Source of the DNA: Eledone cirrhosa
Lineage: Eukaryota
DNA length: 64,000 nucleotides
Reading direction: 5' to 3'
Assembly (NCBI GenBank): GCA_964016885.1
Contig: OZ024743.1
Location: 165,478,001-165,542,000 of the forward strand
The notes under the pieces were generated by a model. That model did not search any database. It saw only the letters and a list, made by a program, of their open reading frames with translations, and was not told the origin of the DNA. A program made the position numbers and the translations under genes. The first letter of the stretch is position 1, and each line of letters opens with the position of its first letter. This document shows, piece by piece, positions 13,811-27,464 of this stretch.

Positions 13811-16800
13811 GGACGCTATACGTCTCCCAAAATTAAGCCGTCTGTCACGTGACAGCGACTCTAACCACCACTATTGTGAACTTTGCTACAATTGCTAACA
13901 CCGATAATGTTTTCGCTAACAGCAGCAGCGACACCAGCAATAGCAGTCGCCAAAGTTTGCCACGTACGGACCTAGACTGTCCACCTTTGCCAATGTCTAC
14001 CGGTGTTAAAGCCGCCATCTCCACCGCCTCAAAGTCATCGAGGTAATAAGAATAAAATAAGAGAACTGGTCAGGATCTGGGATAGAGCTCCTGATCCAAG
14101 CGGACCAGAAAAGCGTCCGAGAGATTCCAGAAGTGATAAACCTTGATGACAGCAGCCACCTCACCCTAGTCGCTGAAAGTTTAAGGCCTAGGTGTATCGT
14201 TTGTTGCGATGGAACCCACATAAACGCCTTCTATCCCCAGGGGATGGCTAAAAAATTAAGGTCACCTCTCCTGCCTACCACACTGGTTCAACCAGCAAGA
14301 CCAGCAGCAGCAATGGCAGCAGCAACTGTAGCAGAAACGACAGCAGCAACAGTAGCAGCAACGGTAGCAAGACCCACACCACCGACGCCCACCGTACCAG
14401 AAGTAGCACCAGCGCCTCCACCATCCACTACGCCACAACCAACACTAACGCCTGTGGAGGACATTCCACTTCCCGAACTCTCACAACTGGAGACGGATTG
14501 TGACGAGGAGGCGGGGTGGGTGGGAAACTGTGTCTAAAAGAAAGAAAACAGAAAAGAAAGGACCCTCCTCCTTCGCCCTCCCCCCAAAACAGAGGGCGAA
14601 ACAAACAAGCAAACAAAAAAAACCAAGAAAGTTAAGACAGCTATGCCACCCCCACCACTACCCACACCACCCACACCAGCATTACCAACCCCATCACCAC
14701 AATCACCAACACCATCACCATCATCAACCCAAACACCACCATCACCAACACCACAAAAAAACACCAACAAGCGAAACAACACCACAAAAAACACCAACAA
14801 GCGAAACAGAAACAAACAAACAAAAAACGCAAACAAAACAAAGCACCCAAACCGATACACACTACACAGCATTAAATTTGAACAATAAACAATTATTACA
14901 CTACATCCAACACAACACCAGCATCACAGAGAAAGACTACACAAAACCGCCAAACTTCACACCACCCACACACATACAAATCACACGTATCACACAGAAA
15001 ACATACATAACACTGAAATAAAAATTCCCCAAGGACAGTGGAGATTTCCGGCAACACTTTCCAGGAGGATATATAAAGACATACTTCCGGAGGGAGCCAC
15101 AAACCATCCTTCCTTCACAAGAACTGAGGTGAGTGGTCTTTCCCAACTTTTGCTACTACTTTTCAACATGACCTTACTCAGAACCGTTCAACATCATGCA
15201 CTCGGTTCGCCAAGGATGTCCCCTCTCGTCCCTGTTGTACGTATTGACTCTCGAGCCATTACTGTATAAACTGGGATACGGGAGAACCGTGTCAGCATAT
15301 GCCGACGACGTCACCGTAGTGTGTCGAACGCTAAACACATCGAGGCGATCGGCACTACACTAAGAGAATACGAGGCGGTGACAGGAGCAATGATTAAACA
15401 GAAAATGTCGGTGGGTCTGTGGCTCGACACCTGGAGAGGCAGGTCCATGCCGTTCAACGGTGTCGTCGAGCACTGGACGTACGGACCGGTTAAATTGCTA
15501 GGGGTCTGGTTTGGTCCGGACCTCCAGACGGACAAAAACTGGGACGAGGTGACGAGCAGGGTGGTCTCTCACCCAGAAATGGGCGAGAGGAAGCTATCCC
15601 TGAAAGGTCGAGCGGAGGTGGCGAACGCGTACATCGCGTCCGAAATCTACTACCGCCTGACCGTCGTTCCTTGTCCCAAGCCTCGCCTGACTGCGTTGGA
15701 GCGTTTGCTCTTTCGCTTTTTGTGGAAAGCGGTCCATTTGCTGTCAACAACGGCTACGCGGAGGGCTGGGCAAGCCGTGGTTAATTATGCGCAAACATGC
15801 GCTCAGGCTACGGCATCTCCACCTCTTCCTCCACAGTGATCAGGTGTGGACGCCGTTTGCTAGACGCATTTTTCCACAGCTCATCTCCTTAACGGAGCGG
15901 CAATCCTGGGTCAACCGAGAGGGAACGCTTGGAGCCTGGAAAGTATTCGACCAATCGGGCGATGTGGTCGGTGGAACTCCACCTTGGCGTTCTATAGAGT
16001 GGAGGGAAAGAGCGACGGTGTCCTTGGGGAGACTCTGGACGTCGACGAAAATCAACTAGCCAATCTTTTCGGGAGAACTTTCGGGCTGGGGCTCATGGAC
16101 AACATCCAGAAATCCCTGACCAGGCAGTGGTAACGGGGAGCTTTGCAAGTTCGGGATAAACTCTACAGACATAGAAGTGCCGTAACCAGCCTGTCCGAGA
16201 TGCGCGCAGGGCGATGAAACCGTCCTGCACGTACTCGTCCAGTGTCCGAGCATTGCTGAGTCCATCGTGAGGATTTCCTTGCCGCCTTCTTTTAGCCATG
16301 AAATGCAGACAGTTTTCATCTGCCTGGTGACCATGGCGAAAGAGGTCGTGTGGTGGACGCGTTTGAAAGGGCTCACGACGAACACTTACCTCTTTGGTGA
16401 TGCCCTGATTTACTTTTTCTAATTTCATTTGAAAGGGAAAATCAGGGTGGAGAGGGAAGTGCTCTTTTCCCAGCAATTTGTTGAAAGATGGGTGAGAGAG
16501 GCAAGCATGGCCCGAGTGAATGGACCTGTTCTGAGTATGCGCCTGTAGATTGGAAGTGGAGAACTGAGAGAGCGCACTTGCCCTGGTGGTCAGAGTCACC
16601 TTGGTTTTTTTTAATGAGCTTTCTCCTCAACTGGCCCTCAGATGTCTCCCCCTCTATTGGGGAACTTTCCATTGTTTCTTTTTTTTGTCATTTCCTTTGT
16701 TATTATTTTTTTTCTTTGCACGCAGAAATGGCCATTTGTACTACCCTATACCGTCCTGTGCTGCCCTTAATATTATACTTTATGTCAATCCTGATGGTTA

Positions 16801-16827
16801 ATAAAGAAAACATTATTATTATTATTG
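13811..16827 (+). mobile_element. Tx1-clade LINE, degenerate, endonuclease deleted
   Basis: It has ORF1 remnants. The ORF2 start at ~15168 is fused to RT motifs (RQGCPLS, AYADD) and the 3' end is AATAAAGAAAAC(ATT)n. Confidence 0.9.
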
Positions 16828-16999
16828 GTTGTTGAAGCGAATGGTCGTACTATCGTTAGCTCGAGTAAATTTGTTATTTCTACGGTTTTAAATACGTTTG
16901 TTATTAATATTTTTGTTTCAAAAGGGGCATAAGTCTTTACCCTAAGAAAGGACTCCCCATAATATTTGGGCCTTTTGGCCCAAATATTTGTTTAAAAGA

Positions 17000-19900
17000 A
17001 AACTTTTATCGAGAAAAAAGCATGTCGGAGCCACGCCCTCCAACTGTGTTTGCTATGGTGCGACAGCGACTCAAACGTTGAAGCTAATAACGCTACCCCT
17101 CCCACAACAATTTTAAAATGTAACACCACATCAGGCAATATCTCCAACACCAGCACCAACAACAACACAAACAACAGAGAGAACATTAATATAAACAAAA
17201 TAACAGCACCAACAACAGCAACAACAGCGACAACATTACCAACAACACCAACAACAGTAAAAACACAGTCGTGAAGAAGAACAACACCAGCAACAACGAC
17301 AACAACACCAACAACAACTGCAATAATGAAAACAACAGCAACAACAACAGCAAGAACGACAACAAAGACAACTATATCAACAACAGTGACTACTACAACA
17401 ACAGCAACAACAACAACAACTGCAATAATGAAAACAACAGCAACAACAACAGCAAGAACGACAACAAAGACAACTATATCAACAACAGTGACTACTACAA
17501 CAACAGCAACAACAAAAACAAAACAACAAAAGCAACAGTAACGAACGAAATCACACAGCAGGGAGGAGTCGCCCAAGCTACATCATTCTCGAAGGCTACC
17601 AAAAATGTTGAACGAGTAGGCGTCAGTGATAAGGAGATGAGGCAGGCCAAGGTGTAGGTCAAGAAAACTAGACGCAGGGTCAGCCTCACCGACCCACCCG
17701 AGGTCATGAAAAACCGACGACTGTGTGTGGTCTCGTACCGTACACTTGGACTGAAATTGGGCCGGGTGGAACGGGCGACCGAGTCACAGGTCAAAAGGTA
17801 TATGGGTGCCGTCTGGGCACAGAATACCTACATAGCCCGAGGATCGAAGTATAGCACAGTGGATGTTCTCTTCGCTACACCCGAAGAAGCCACAGCTCAC
17901 GCCATTACGCCACTCAGCAGGGACGAAATACTGATGGTTCCCACATACTGCGGCCAGAGAGTCGCGAGGGTCTGAGTGTCCCAGGTTCCGCCCTCAGTGG
18001 AGAGCACTTGGCTGATGGCGGCCGTCCTCGCAGACATCGAGGGCTCAACATGATGCCATGCGTATAAGACAGGAAAACTTCTCAGGCTCGGGGATGGAGC
18101 TAACCATTCAATCAAACCATGAAAGCATAGAGGCCATCGCCGATGTGATCGACCTGGACAATGGTAGCCATCTACTGTGACTGTCGAAAGTAGGCGCCCA
18201 AGGTGTCACGGGAGCGGAGACAAAACACACCTTAAGTCCTTCTGCCCCAAACTCACCAAGGCGGGCACGCGCTCCACTCTTCTCCATACGCCGTGCCTCG
18301 CGACTGGAGTGGCCAAACCACCCGTGGCCGCAGTTGCGGAAAAACTACCAGCACCAACGACACCAATGACAAAAACACCATCTTCACCACCAATAAGCGC
18401 CAACAAGACCAATGGAGAGCATTCCCCTTCCCGATATCGCTAAATCGGACAGAGAGTGTGATGACTCTGAAGGGTAGAAAACCATCGCAGCGAACAAAAA
18501 AGAAAGAACTCCCTACATTCGTCCCCCAAAAAAGAAGAGGATGAAAAGACACAAAAAATGAAAAAATCAACGAGCACACCACCATCACCATCAACAGCTG
18601 CACCCCCCCCCCCACCACCAGTATTACCATCTACTCCATCGTCACCCCTAGCAACACTACAGCAAACACAGAAAGCACCAACATCCCCAAAGCAGACACA
18701 ATACACAGCTATAGACACAGACAACAAAATAACATTCAACACCACACCAGCTTCACAGAAATAAATTACAGATTAAAGAAAATTGGTGACTATCGAGGGA
18801 ACCTAGTCAAAAGAATTTACTCTGACATTCTCGTAGAGAAATCCACCACTGGTCGGAGGGATGGATCACCTACCCGCTTCATAAAAAAAGTCAAAGATAA
18901 AGTTTATTTTACTTTTCCCATCTCATTTGTTTTCCTCCTATCTTAGCCAACATGGCTTCTCTCAGGATAGGCTATAGAAATGCACGTAACCTGGGGTCGT
19001 CATGGAAGCAGGGCCACCAGCTCAACGACCTCAGGTCAATGAACATAGATGTGGTGGCCATCAGCGAGACCAGAATTTCTGGGGCACATGCATGTGTACG
19101 CATCTCCAAGTCGACTGGGATCGGGAGGCGGAGTCGCTGTATTGTTTCGGAGAGGCCTGGATCTCGTGATACAGACCATCTTCCTGGACCCAGAAGGTAA
19201 GTCGGTGGTGCTGGACGTGACCAACAGCGAAGGCTATGCTTTTAGTCTAGTGGCTGTTCATACCCCGACAGGGCCAGGACAGTCTGATTTCTTCAGGTGA
19301 CTGAAAACCTTCAATGTTAGTGGGCGATTGGAATGAGATCTTGGATGCACGCTGGGATTGTGTGGGATTAGCGGATAGGAGAGGAGGGTGTAAAAGCCTC
19401 GCAAACCTGCTCAGACGTTTTCAACTGTCTGACAGGTACCATCTGGATTTCCTGAATGTACCAGTGTGGACATGGACATACCGCATCGGGTCATGCAGAT
19501 CGTATATAGTTAGAGTATTTTGTAAGTAAATAGATAGTTCTAGCATAGGTTGTCCACAATTCAAAATAGTAGACTACACAGACCACAAGTTCGTGATTTG
19601 GGGGTTCGACTGAGATAGGCTTGATAGACAGGGACCCGGCTACTGGAAGCTAAACGCGTCGTTGACAGTGCGCAAAGCCTACAGAGACCGGATTAGCGAA
19701 CTAGTTGGCGGGGGCAGTCGTCAACAACAAATGGTGGTTCGCCCCGAAAAGGGCGATTAGAATAGAGTCCATTAGTTTTAGTAAGGCGTTAGCAAGAGAG
19801 AAAAATATAGCAAAGGGAGAACTAGTTAGAAAATTAGACGAGGCGCTTAGTAAAGATATCACGACCGACATGCTTGCAGCGAAATTGGTCCTCGACCAAT

Positions 19901-21860
19901 TCTTCAACGCAAAGCACGAAGGCTGCGTTATCAGAGCTAGAGCACGTGCTCTCAGACACGAAGGGACGAAAGCTGTTCGATGGGCCCGAGTGGTGGAGGC
20001 ACGTCCTGGCAACAAAGCCACGAACCGGTCTTTGTTACTCGCAAATGTGTGCGTCATTGAGCTGCACTTCTCTCAGCTGTTCGGGGGGCAATGGCAGGTT
20101 GGATCATAGGATGGACATTAGTGCCTACCCTGACGGTCTACCGCAGCTCTCGGTTACTGAGGCGGAGTGTTGCGAAAAGCCGATAACAGCCGTTGAAGTA
20201 CGGGAGGCAATGATTGAGTGCATGATGGTTTAATCGCCTGGTTAGGATGAAAGCTTTCGATAGAGTCGACCATCGTTATCTGGCGGCGTTCCTGAGAGCG
20301 GTCGGCTTTAGGCCTGTCTTCAGAGGCTGGATCACTGCCATGCGCAGTGACATCTGCTCTGAGTTGAGAGTGAACTGACCCCTTTCGGAACCGTTCAACA
20401 CCATTCGCTCGGTCCGCCAAGGATGTCCCCTCTTGTCCCTGTTGTACGCATTGATTCTCGAGCCATTACTGCACAAGCTGGAGACGTTGAGGGGCGTCCA
20501 GCGCAGACTGGGATGCGTGAGAACATATGCCGACGTCATCACCGTAGTGGTGTCGAGCGCCAAACACCTCGAGGCGATCGGCACTACACTAAGAGAATAC
20601 GAGGTGGTGATTAACCAGGGAAAGTCGGTCGTCCGTCGGCTCGGCTCCTGGAGAGGCAGGTCTATGCCATCCAACAGCGTCGTCGGGCGCTGGACGGACG
20701 GACCGGTTAAATTGCTAGGAGTCTGGTTCGGTCTGGACCTCCAGACGGTCAAAAGCTGGGATGAGGTGACGAGCAGGGTCGCCTCTCTCACCCAGAAATA
20801 GGCCGAGAGGAAGCTATACCTGAAGGTTCGAGCGGAGGTGCAGAACGCATACATCGTGTCCATCATCTACTAACGCCTGACCGTCGTGCCTTGTCCTAAG
20901 CCTCGCCTGAGTGCACTGGAGCGTTTTTTCTTTCACTTTTTGTGAAAGGGACGCACTCTGATGGTCAGGAGATCCATTTGCTGTCAACACCTGCTTTGCG
21001 GAGAGCTGGGCATGACATGGCTTATGATGCGCAAACATGTGCTCAGACTACGGCATCTCCACCTCTTCCTCGACGGTGAACAGATGTGGTCGCCGTTTGC
21101 TAGACACGTTTTTCTACAGCTCGTCTCCTTGACGGTGCTGCAGTGTCGGGTCAACTTAAGACTGAGAGGAAGCATTTGGAGCCTGGAATATTTTCAGGTG
21201 CTCACAGCGCTCAGCCAATCGTGCACTGCGATCGGTGGAAACTTCCCTCTTTTCCGAAAAACTTCCGGTCCAAGGAACATGGATGACTTCCAGAAATCCC
21301 TGTTCTGGCAGTGCTACTGGGAACGATTGCCAGTTCGAGATAAACTCTACAGGAATGGGAGATCCCCCTGCACGCATCTCAGACCTGTCTGAGATGCGTG
21401 CAAGGCGACCAAACCGTCCTTGCGCGCATTATTCAAGTGTCCGTGCATTATGATTTGTAGGTTTACGTCAAACACCTGCTGTCACATATAAGACGGATGC
21501 GGCTATCAACTGAATCCATCGAGAAGATTGCTCCGCCACCGTCCTTTAGCCGGCAAGGGCAGGATTGGTTTTTATCTGTCTCGGGCCACGGCGAAAGAGG
21601 TTGTGTGGTAGACACGTCTGAAAATGTTGAAGACATGAACGTTCCTCTTTGGCGATACCCTGGTTAACTTTCCAGGTTTCGTTTGAAGAGAAAAATTAGA
21701 GTGGAGAGGGAAGTACTGCCATCCAAGCAATTTGTTGAAAGGTGGGAACGTGTGGCGAGCTTGGCCCGAGCAAACGGGCCTGCTCTGAAATTGTGCCTGT
21801 AGATTGGAAGAGGTCAACTGGGAGGGTTCACTTGCCCTTGCAGTCAAGATGACCGGGGTC
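17000..21860 (+). mobile_element. Tx1-clade LINE, degenerate near-full-length
   Basis: It has an Asn/Thr-rich ORF1 start, a knuckle remnant, APE from 18952, RT motifs (KAFDRV, RQGCP, YAD) and a C-terminus, with many stops. Confidence 0.9.
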
Positions 21861-21861
21861 T

Positions 21862-22220
21862 TTTGCCTTTCATCCTTACGGGGTCGATTAAATAAAGCAC
21901 CAGTAATGCACTGGGGTCGATTTAATCAACTTCCCCCCCCCCCCCCCCCCAAATTGTTGGACTTGTGTCTAAATCGAAAATCATTATTATTATTATTTGG
22001 TGGTGGATTTTGCAGTGTCGGTAGAGCGTCGGACAACATGCTTTTTTGGCATATAGTTACATCTCTCTGCGTAAAATTTCAAATCCCACCAAGGTTTTCT
22101 TTACCTTTCCTCCTTACGGAGTCGATAAAATAAAGTACCAGTAACGCACTGGAGTCGATTTAATCGACTATCCCCTCCGCAAAATTGTTGGCCTTGTTCC
22201 TAAATCAGAAACCATTATTA
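21862..22220 (+). mobile_element. Two tandem SINE copies (one partial, one full)
   Basis: The core and tail are the same as in 3939-4121. Confidence 0.8.
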
Positions 22221-22666
22221 TTTCTTTTGCGTGTTTTATACACTCTCTTGCCGGGCTATTATCTCTGACCTGTAACAAGAGAAAGTGAACGAGTGAGTAG
22301 TTGCGGTCAGCTACTTGTATACGAGATGTTATAAAAACATTATTTAAGCCAAAGGGCCCTTGCCGCTAATTATCCCCTCTTTAGAACGGTTAAACGCTCA
22401 GCTAAAATATGAACATTTGGTTGACTTACGAAGTATTGGGAAATTTGAAGTTTGAAAAGTATAGTCGCCACAATGCAGATAACTATAATAATAGTTGAAT
22501 AAATTGAAACGTAATGGTTAACTTCGCTCGCCCACTATACAAGAGATATATGGTTCGATTCCTCGCAGGCGCCTCTGTCCATTTTCTTCTGTCCCCAGTG
22601 TACTTAACCCAATTTATTCTATTTTAAGGGTGACTCACTACACTATGTGTTCACACTAAACAAACT

Positions 22667-23100
22667 ACTAGCAGAGGTACCAGGCGTTGCTCGGGTATTA
22701 AATAGCAGTTATGTATACCATTTATGCCTATACTTCAGTGCTGCTTCGAAAACTATAGTTTTACAAAATCATCGGATTTTTCCAAAAGGGGGTTCCTGCC
22801 CCCAGGGGTCCCCTACTCAATATGTGCTAATTCTGAGAGTTCACATTCATCTGTAGAACAAATGTAGCCCATGTGTCAAGTTTTGTGAAAATCGGTTGCG
22901 AACTCTAGAAGGTATGACGTTTTGTTGCATTGCACTGCAGTGCTTCAGTCGACTCCAAGGGAATGGTTAAAGGGCGTTATCTGCTGGGAGGCCCTATAAT
23001 CAATATCTGGAAAAATGAAAGTGCCCATGACCATCCGGAGTACATAAGTAACCTATGTCTTAAGTTTGGTGAAAATACTGTAGAAATGCATAAGGTTTAT
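22667..23100 (-). mobile_element. Non-autonomous Helitron-like element, 3' end
   Basis: The minus strand ends in the hairpin-like CCCGAGCAACGCCTGG followed by CTAG|T. Confidence 0.55.
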
Positions 23101-23231
23101 ACACACGCGCGCGCGCGTGTGTGTGTGTATGTATGTGTGTGCGCGTATGTATATGTATGGTATGTCCGTCGGCGCATACGTATGTACTGGCCTAAATCTT
23201 CACTATTTACTTTTACTATTTTAAGGCAAAG

Positions 23232-23345
23232 TTAAAATCCCGTCGAGGTTAACTTTGCCTTTCATCCATACGGGGTCGATAAAATAAAGTACCAGTAATG
23301 TACTGGGTAATTGCTGGCCTTGTGCCAAAAGAAGAAACAACTATT
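23232..23345 (+). mobile_element. 5'-truncated SINE
   Basis: It has the core and tail of the family at 29950. Confidence 0.8.
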
Positions 23346-23623
23346 TTAATAACCTGTCATTTTCGTTTACAATTTTATTTACATCATTCTTAAACTCCGG
23401 GGCTGGAAATCATTTGGTTATTTTAAATAGAATATTAGTCTAACGACTCCATTTATACCATAAACTTGGTCTTGTCTTTGCATGAAATTGTTCTTCTCGG
23501 TCCACATAACGACATATTATCCTCACTTCTTTTCGTTCATTACCAAAATATCGTCTTCCTGTTTTCCTTCGGTTGCAACGTTTCTCGAAATATTTAATTC
23601 TGCGTTCACAGATTGAATTTTTT

Positions 23624-23674
23624 AGTTTAAGAAGATCTCGTTAATGTTGAAAGCAGCGATTCTTTGCTTAAACT
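23624..23674 (+). ncRNA. Degenerate hammerhead-like motif (same family as 34352-34402)
   Basis: The sequence is AGTTT-AAGAAGA-..-GAAAGCA..TGCTT-AAACT. Confidence 0.45.
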
Positions 23675-23912
23675 TTCTTTCTCAACCCCTCTCCCTTTTT
23701 TTTCTCTCTCTCTCTCACTCATACCCCGTCTCTTTCGCTTCCTCTACAGAATGGAGAACAATAAAGAACGCGCAAATCTCTCTCTCTCTCTCTCTCTCCG
23801 TCTTTATATATATGTGTTTGTGTGTGTGTGAGTGAACCAGCGTTGGTCGCCATTCTCTCTCTCTATCTCTCTATCTGATTATCTTGTACCTCTCTCTGTA
23901 TAACGACCTATC

Positions 23913-23949
<37 letters not shown>

Positions 23950-24034
23950 ATCTCCCTTTCTCTCTTTAGATGTATATGTATGTGTGTGTGATATATATAT
24001 AGAGAGAGAGAGTTGCAACATGTATGTAGTTTCA

Positions 24035-24365
24035 TAGATTTTTGAGGGTAGTGAGAATGAAAATATAAACAGAGCATATAAATAAATTTACAGTAGAATA
24101 ACATAACAAATATGTTTTAAATATATACATAAATAACATTACAAATGCCTCGATAACACTACAAAGGATGATACAATGAAAGATATATTCCTTCAATGCT
24201 ACAATTTTAAAGAAAATGTAAAGGAAGGGGTGAACAACGGAGCCAACACCAGAGCAAAAGACAGCAATGTCGCGAGTACTGGGCAACCTCTCTAATGATT
24301 TTTGAGGCAAGCCAGCACACTCGCAGCGTTGCCGCGGGTGATGGCGAGTCTGATGTGCTGAAATG
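24035..24365 (-). mobile_element. CRE-like RLE retrotransposon 3' fragment
   Basis: FQHIRLAITRGNAASVLACLKNH* matches the CRE C-terminal 'FQRxSxAxxRGNA' motif. Confidence 0.65.
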
Positions 24366-24369
24366 TTGT

Positions 24370-24724
24370 TTTAAAAGACTTTTTAATGGAAATGAAGCAA
24401 AATGGAAGCTTAATGCTGAAACTTCGAACTCATGAATTTTGCAGGTTAAAATTTTGCTGGGTCGAAAACTGTTCGCGTATTTTTGTACCTTTGCACGCGT
24501 AGTTTGTTTGTAACGTAAATATATAAACAAATGACGCTATAATTTATACATTTGAACTGAAAAATTAATACATTACAAATTCGATTTTTGCACTTGGCGT
24601 GGGTCGATTTGAACATTTTTTTACCGATGTCTCCGCCGGACCTTCATCTATAAGTGTAGCAATTTCACCGAAATTTGAACGTAAGGTTTAGGGGGAGATG
24701 CGTGCCGACCGTTTTAGTAGACAT

Positions 24725-24764
<40 letters not shown>

Positions 24765-24785
24765 CCTCAGTTTTATATATATAGA
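24370..24785 (-). mobile_element. Non-autonomous Helitron-like element, 5' end with (CTGT)n
   Basis: The minus strand starts A|TCTATATATATAAAACTGAGGTTG(TCTG)n. Confidence 0.5.
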
Positions 24786-24809
24786 TAACGAATTTTGTGA
24801 GATACTTAC

Positions 24810-24964
24810 TACTTGATGCATGATCATTGCCTCTTTTAGGTGTCCGTAGATCGTCACAACCTATAGACCTCATCATGGTATATATTTGGTCACGTCCTTT
24901 TTTCACATCCATTTTACAATTGTAATTGGCTTTTTCTATACAATCGATATACTCCTTGGCTGCC
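24810..24964 (-). CDS. Host gene coding exon 3: (R)AAKEYIDCIEKANYNCKMDVKKGRDQIYTMMRSIGCDDLRTPKRGNDHASS
   Basis: The acceptor is TTTTTTCTTTATAG and the donor is GTAAGT. The frame is open, entering in phase 2 and leaving in phase 1, and matches exon 2. Confidence 0.88.
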
Positions 24965-25641
24965 CTATAAAGAAAAAATATGATGATAAAAGAAAAATGA
25001 ATTATTTAGAAAATAAAGTAAGCTGTATGCACGTCTATATCTCCATAGGAAAAAATTATTTTGTTTAAATGTATTTTCTGCCTTTTGATATTTGCTTCGA
25101 GTGGAGGCAACTTAGTTTGCAAGCATTCGGACCAGGTGTCCAATTTTTGACACTTTTTCTTCTCTCAATCTAAGAGGCGTTTCAAACTCATGGGCGCGGT
25201 CCTTCTGCTAAGGTGACTCTGACTAACAGACTAATGACTGCTGAAGACCAGAGGCGTGTTTTCACTGCTTAGCCTAGGTGAAACTGATTGATATGTGACT
25301 GAGAGCTAAGAGCTAAATGTGTGTTTTTACTGCTCAGTTAAGGCGACACTGTTTAATAGACTGCTGACAGCTGGGAGACAGGTGCTTAGCTGTGGTGCGT
25401 TCTGTTTTCATTTAAATCTTTGTGCAGCAGTTATGACTTTTGTTGTATGTGATATTTTTAGCTGTTTTATTTTCCCCAGCCCAGAGTCTCAGTGGGCATT
25501 GCCTAGATGCCAATATGGCCAGACCAGCTCTGGCTATCAGTATTGATCCGCTGGTGGGTCAATCATTTATATCACTGTAAATATTAGACATGTGCTAGAC
25601 TCACTAACAAAGCATAAAGAATATTTTTGTATATTTCTTAC

Positions 25642-25747
25642 CTGCACATAGAGTTTCTGTTTGGCTGATTTTCTAGCAAAGGAAGATAGGCTCTCTGACA
25701 TTCGTCCATTTGTCCATAATCACATTGAGCCATAACCCTGCCAATCA
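25642..25747 (-). CDS. Host gene coding exon 2: (V)IGRVMAQCDYGQMDECQRAYLPLLENQPNRNSMC
   Basis: The acceptor is TTTCTTCCAG and the donor is CAG|GTAAG. The frame is open and phases are compatible with both neighbours. Confidence 0.88.
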
Positions 25748-25754
25748 CTGGAAG

Positions 25755-25810
<56 letters not shown>

Positions 25811-26050
25811 TTGTGAGGTTTTTTATATGAAATCGTGTGTCGAAACAAATATTGTTATACTTGGGGAGGGTCATATTTGTGTAATATTGCCAGAATTAAT
25901 AACAGAACACACTCACTGTTTGGTTGGTTTTCGCTTTTCACTTCTGTGTCTTTTATATCGGTAATCTAATTTATTCGGTCCTCAATGTTGCCATTGACTG
26001 ACCAACAGTCAAAAATAATACAGATACAATATAGACACAAACACATATAT

Positions 26051-26104
26051 ATAGTTTATCAAAGTTCTTTCGTTGCACATCTGCAACATCGTCAGTGGTG
26101 CTAT
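26051..26104 (-). ncRNA. Hammerhead motif in the inverted pLTR
   Basis: It is the mirror copy of 27411-27464. Confidence 0.65.
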
Positions 26105-27410
26105 TGTTTTCTCCCGTTACATTGTATGTCTACCCTAACAATAGACTACCTGTATTAGACACGGAACTCTGGATTAACACTAGAGGAGAGAGCCCAAATT
26201 CTCCACTCACACTATGCTAAACCCATGGCCTCCAAATACCTGATACTCAAAAACTCAGCAATGTCCTCTAGTGCTAAGTTTAATATTCTGATCGCAGATT
26301 TGGTACGAGTGATGAAGAATGTGTCCCGCATGTGCGACCCAACAGAAATGGAAAGACACATCCAACACTTCATCAACCGCATGCAGTTCGCTGGCTACAA
26401 ACAAAGAGACAGAGTCAGAGTATACGAAGGAGCCATGGAGAAGTATAAGACCCTCATAAAACTGGACATGTAGGAATTTTCCCATTATACAGGAGCAAAT
26501 CATGGAATAGCTTAGATAGGGCTAGACATAAGATAGGGAAAGCCACCTCATGGTACGACAACCAGAGATACCAGAGATACATGTTTGTGGACGCTACCCT
26601 GTGGAGGGAAATTAGCTAACCAGTGTAGAAAGGCCCTGAGAAAGACCCACTTAAAGATTAAGGTGGTAGAAAAGCCAGGAACCACCATAAAATCCCTGAT
26701 CAGCAAAACCTACCCTTTTAAGAAAGCCCATTGTACTAATAGGAAATGTATCATATGTAAGGTAAACCCCCGGATAAACTGTAAAACTAGAAACGTAGTC
26801 TATAGCATAAGATGTACAGAGCGTACTTGCAGAAACATGACAACAACATACATAGGCGAGACAGCTCGTAGCATAGGTGAAAGGATAGACCAACACTGGG
26901 GGAACTAAAAGGACGAAAAAACGGGTCAGTACTATACGAACATGCCAGACAACAACACGACGGTAACATAGACAACATAGAAATTAGAATAATATCTAAA
27001 CATAGAAATGACCCAGCAGATAGGCATTTCAGAGAGGCCAGTGAAATAGAACTTAGAAGGCCAAGGCTAAACAGAAAGAATGAATGGAATAACAACAACA
27101 CCCAAACAAACAACACTGACCTAAGAGAAGTATAAATAAATAAATAAATAAATAGATAAATAAATAAATAAATACATACACAAGCACAATAACAACAAAC
27201 ACATATAAACACACACTAGTAAAGATAGAATACATTAACCAATACACAGTCACCCAATCACGAACACACATCAAACAAAACACTATACACACACGCAAAC
27301 GCATGCGCAAAGAAGACAAAATAAAATAAACAAACAAACAAATAAATAAATAAATATATAAACAGACTAAATAAAGATGGCGTAGACATACAATGTAACG
27401 GGAGGAAACA

Positions 27411-27464
27411 ATAGCACCACTGACGATGTTGCAGATGTGCAACGAAAGAACTTTGATAAACTAT
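27411..27464 (+). ncRNA. Hammerhead motif in the PLE pLTR
   Basis: The motif is CTGACGA-T-GTTGCA(GATG)TGCAAC-GAAAG-AA-CTT. Stem I is weak. Confidence 0.65.

Noticed and set aside
10153-16827. Adjacent Tx1 copies with complementary deletions (EN-only and RT-only) as a two-component system
   Set aside because: Both carry multiple stops and frameshifts, consistent with ordinary decay.
22505-22575. tRNA-like A/B box segment
   Set aside because: No complete cloverleaf can be folded. It is likely a decayed SINE head.
23718-23770. Minus-strand acceptor giving KEAKETGYE*
   Set aside because: It is embedded in (CT)n low-complexity sequence, where chance acceptors are expected.
24032-24358. Acceptor-like site and hydrophobic ORF as the last exon of the host gene
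   Set aside because: Another frame matches the CRE retrotransposon C-terminus, and the pyrimidine tract is weak.
25230-25345. CTGAAGA...GGTGAAAC hammerhead-like string
   Set aside because: There is no convincing stem I with any candidate cleavage triplet.
25690-25730. QCDYGQMDECQ resembles the N-terminus of Aplysia attractin
   Set aside because: The remaining Cys spacing and the GPI-like tail do not fit attractin.
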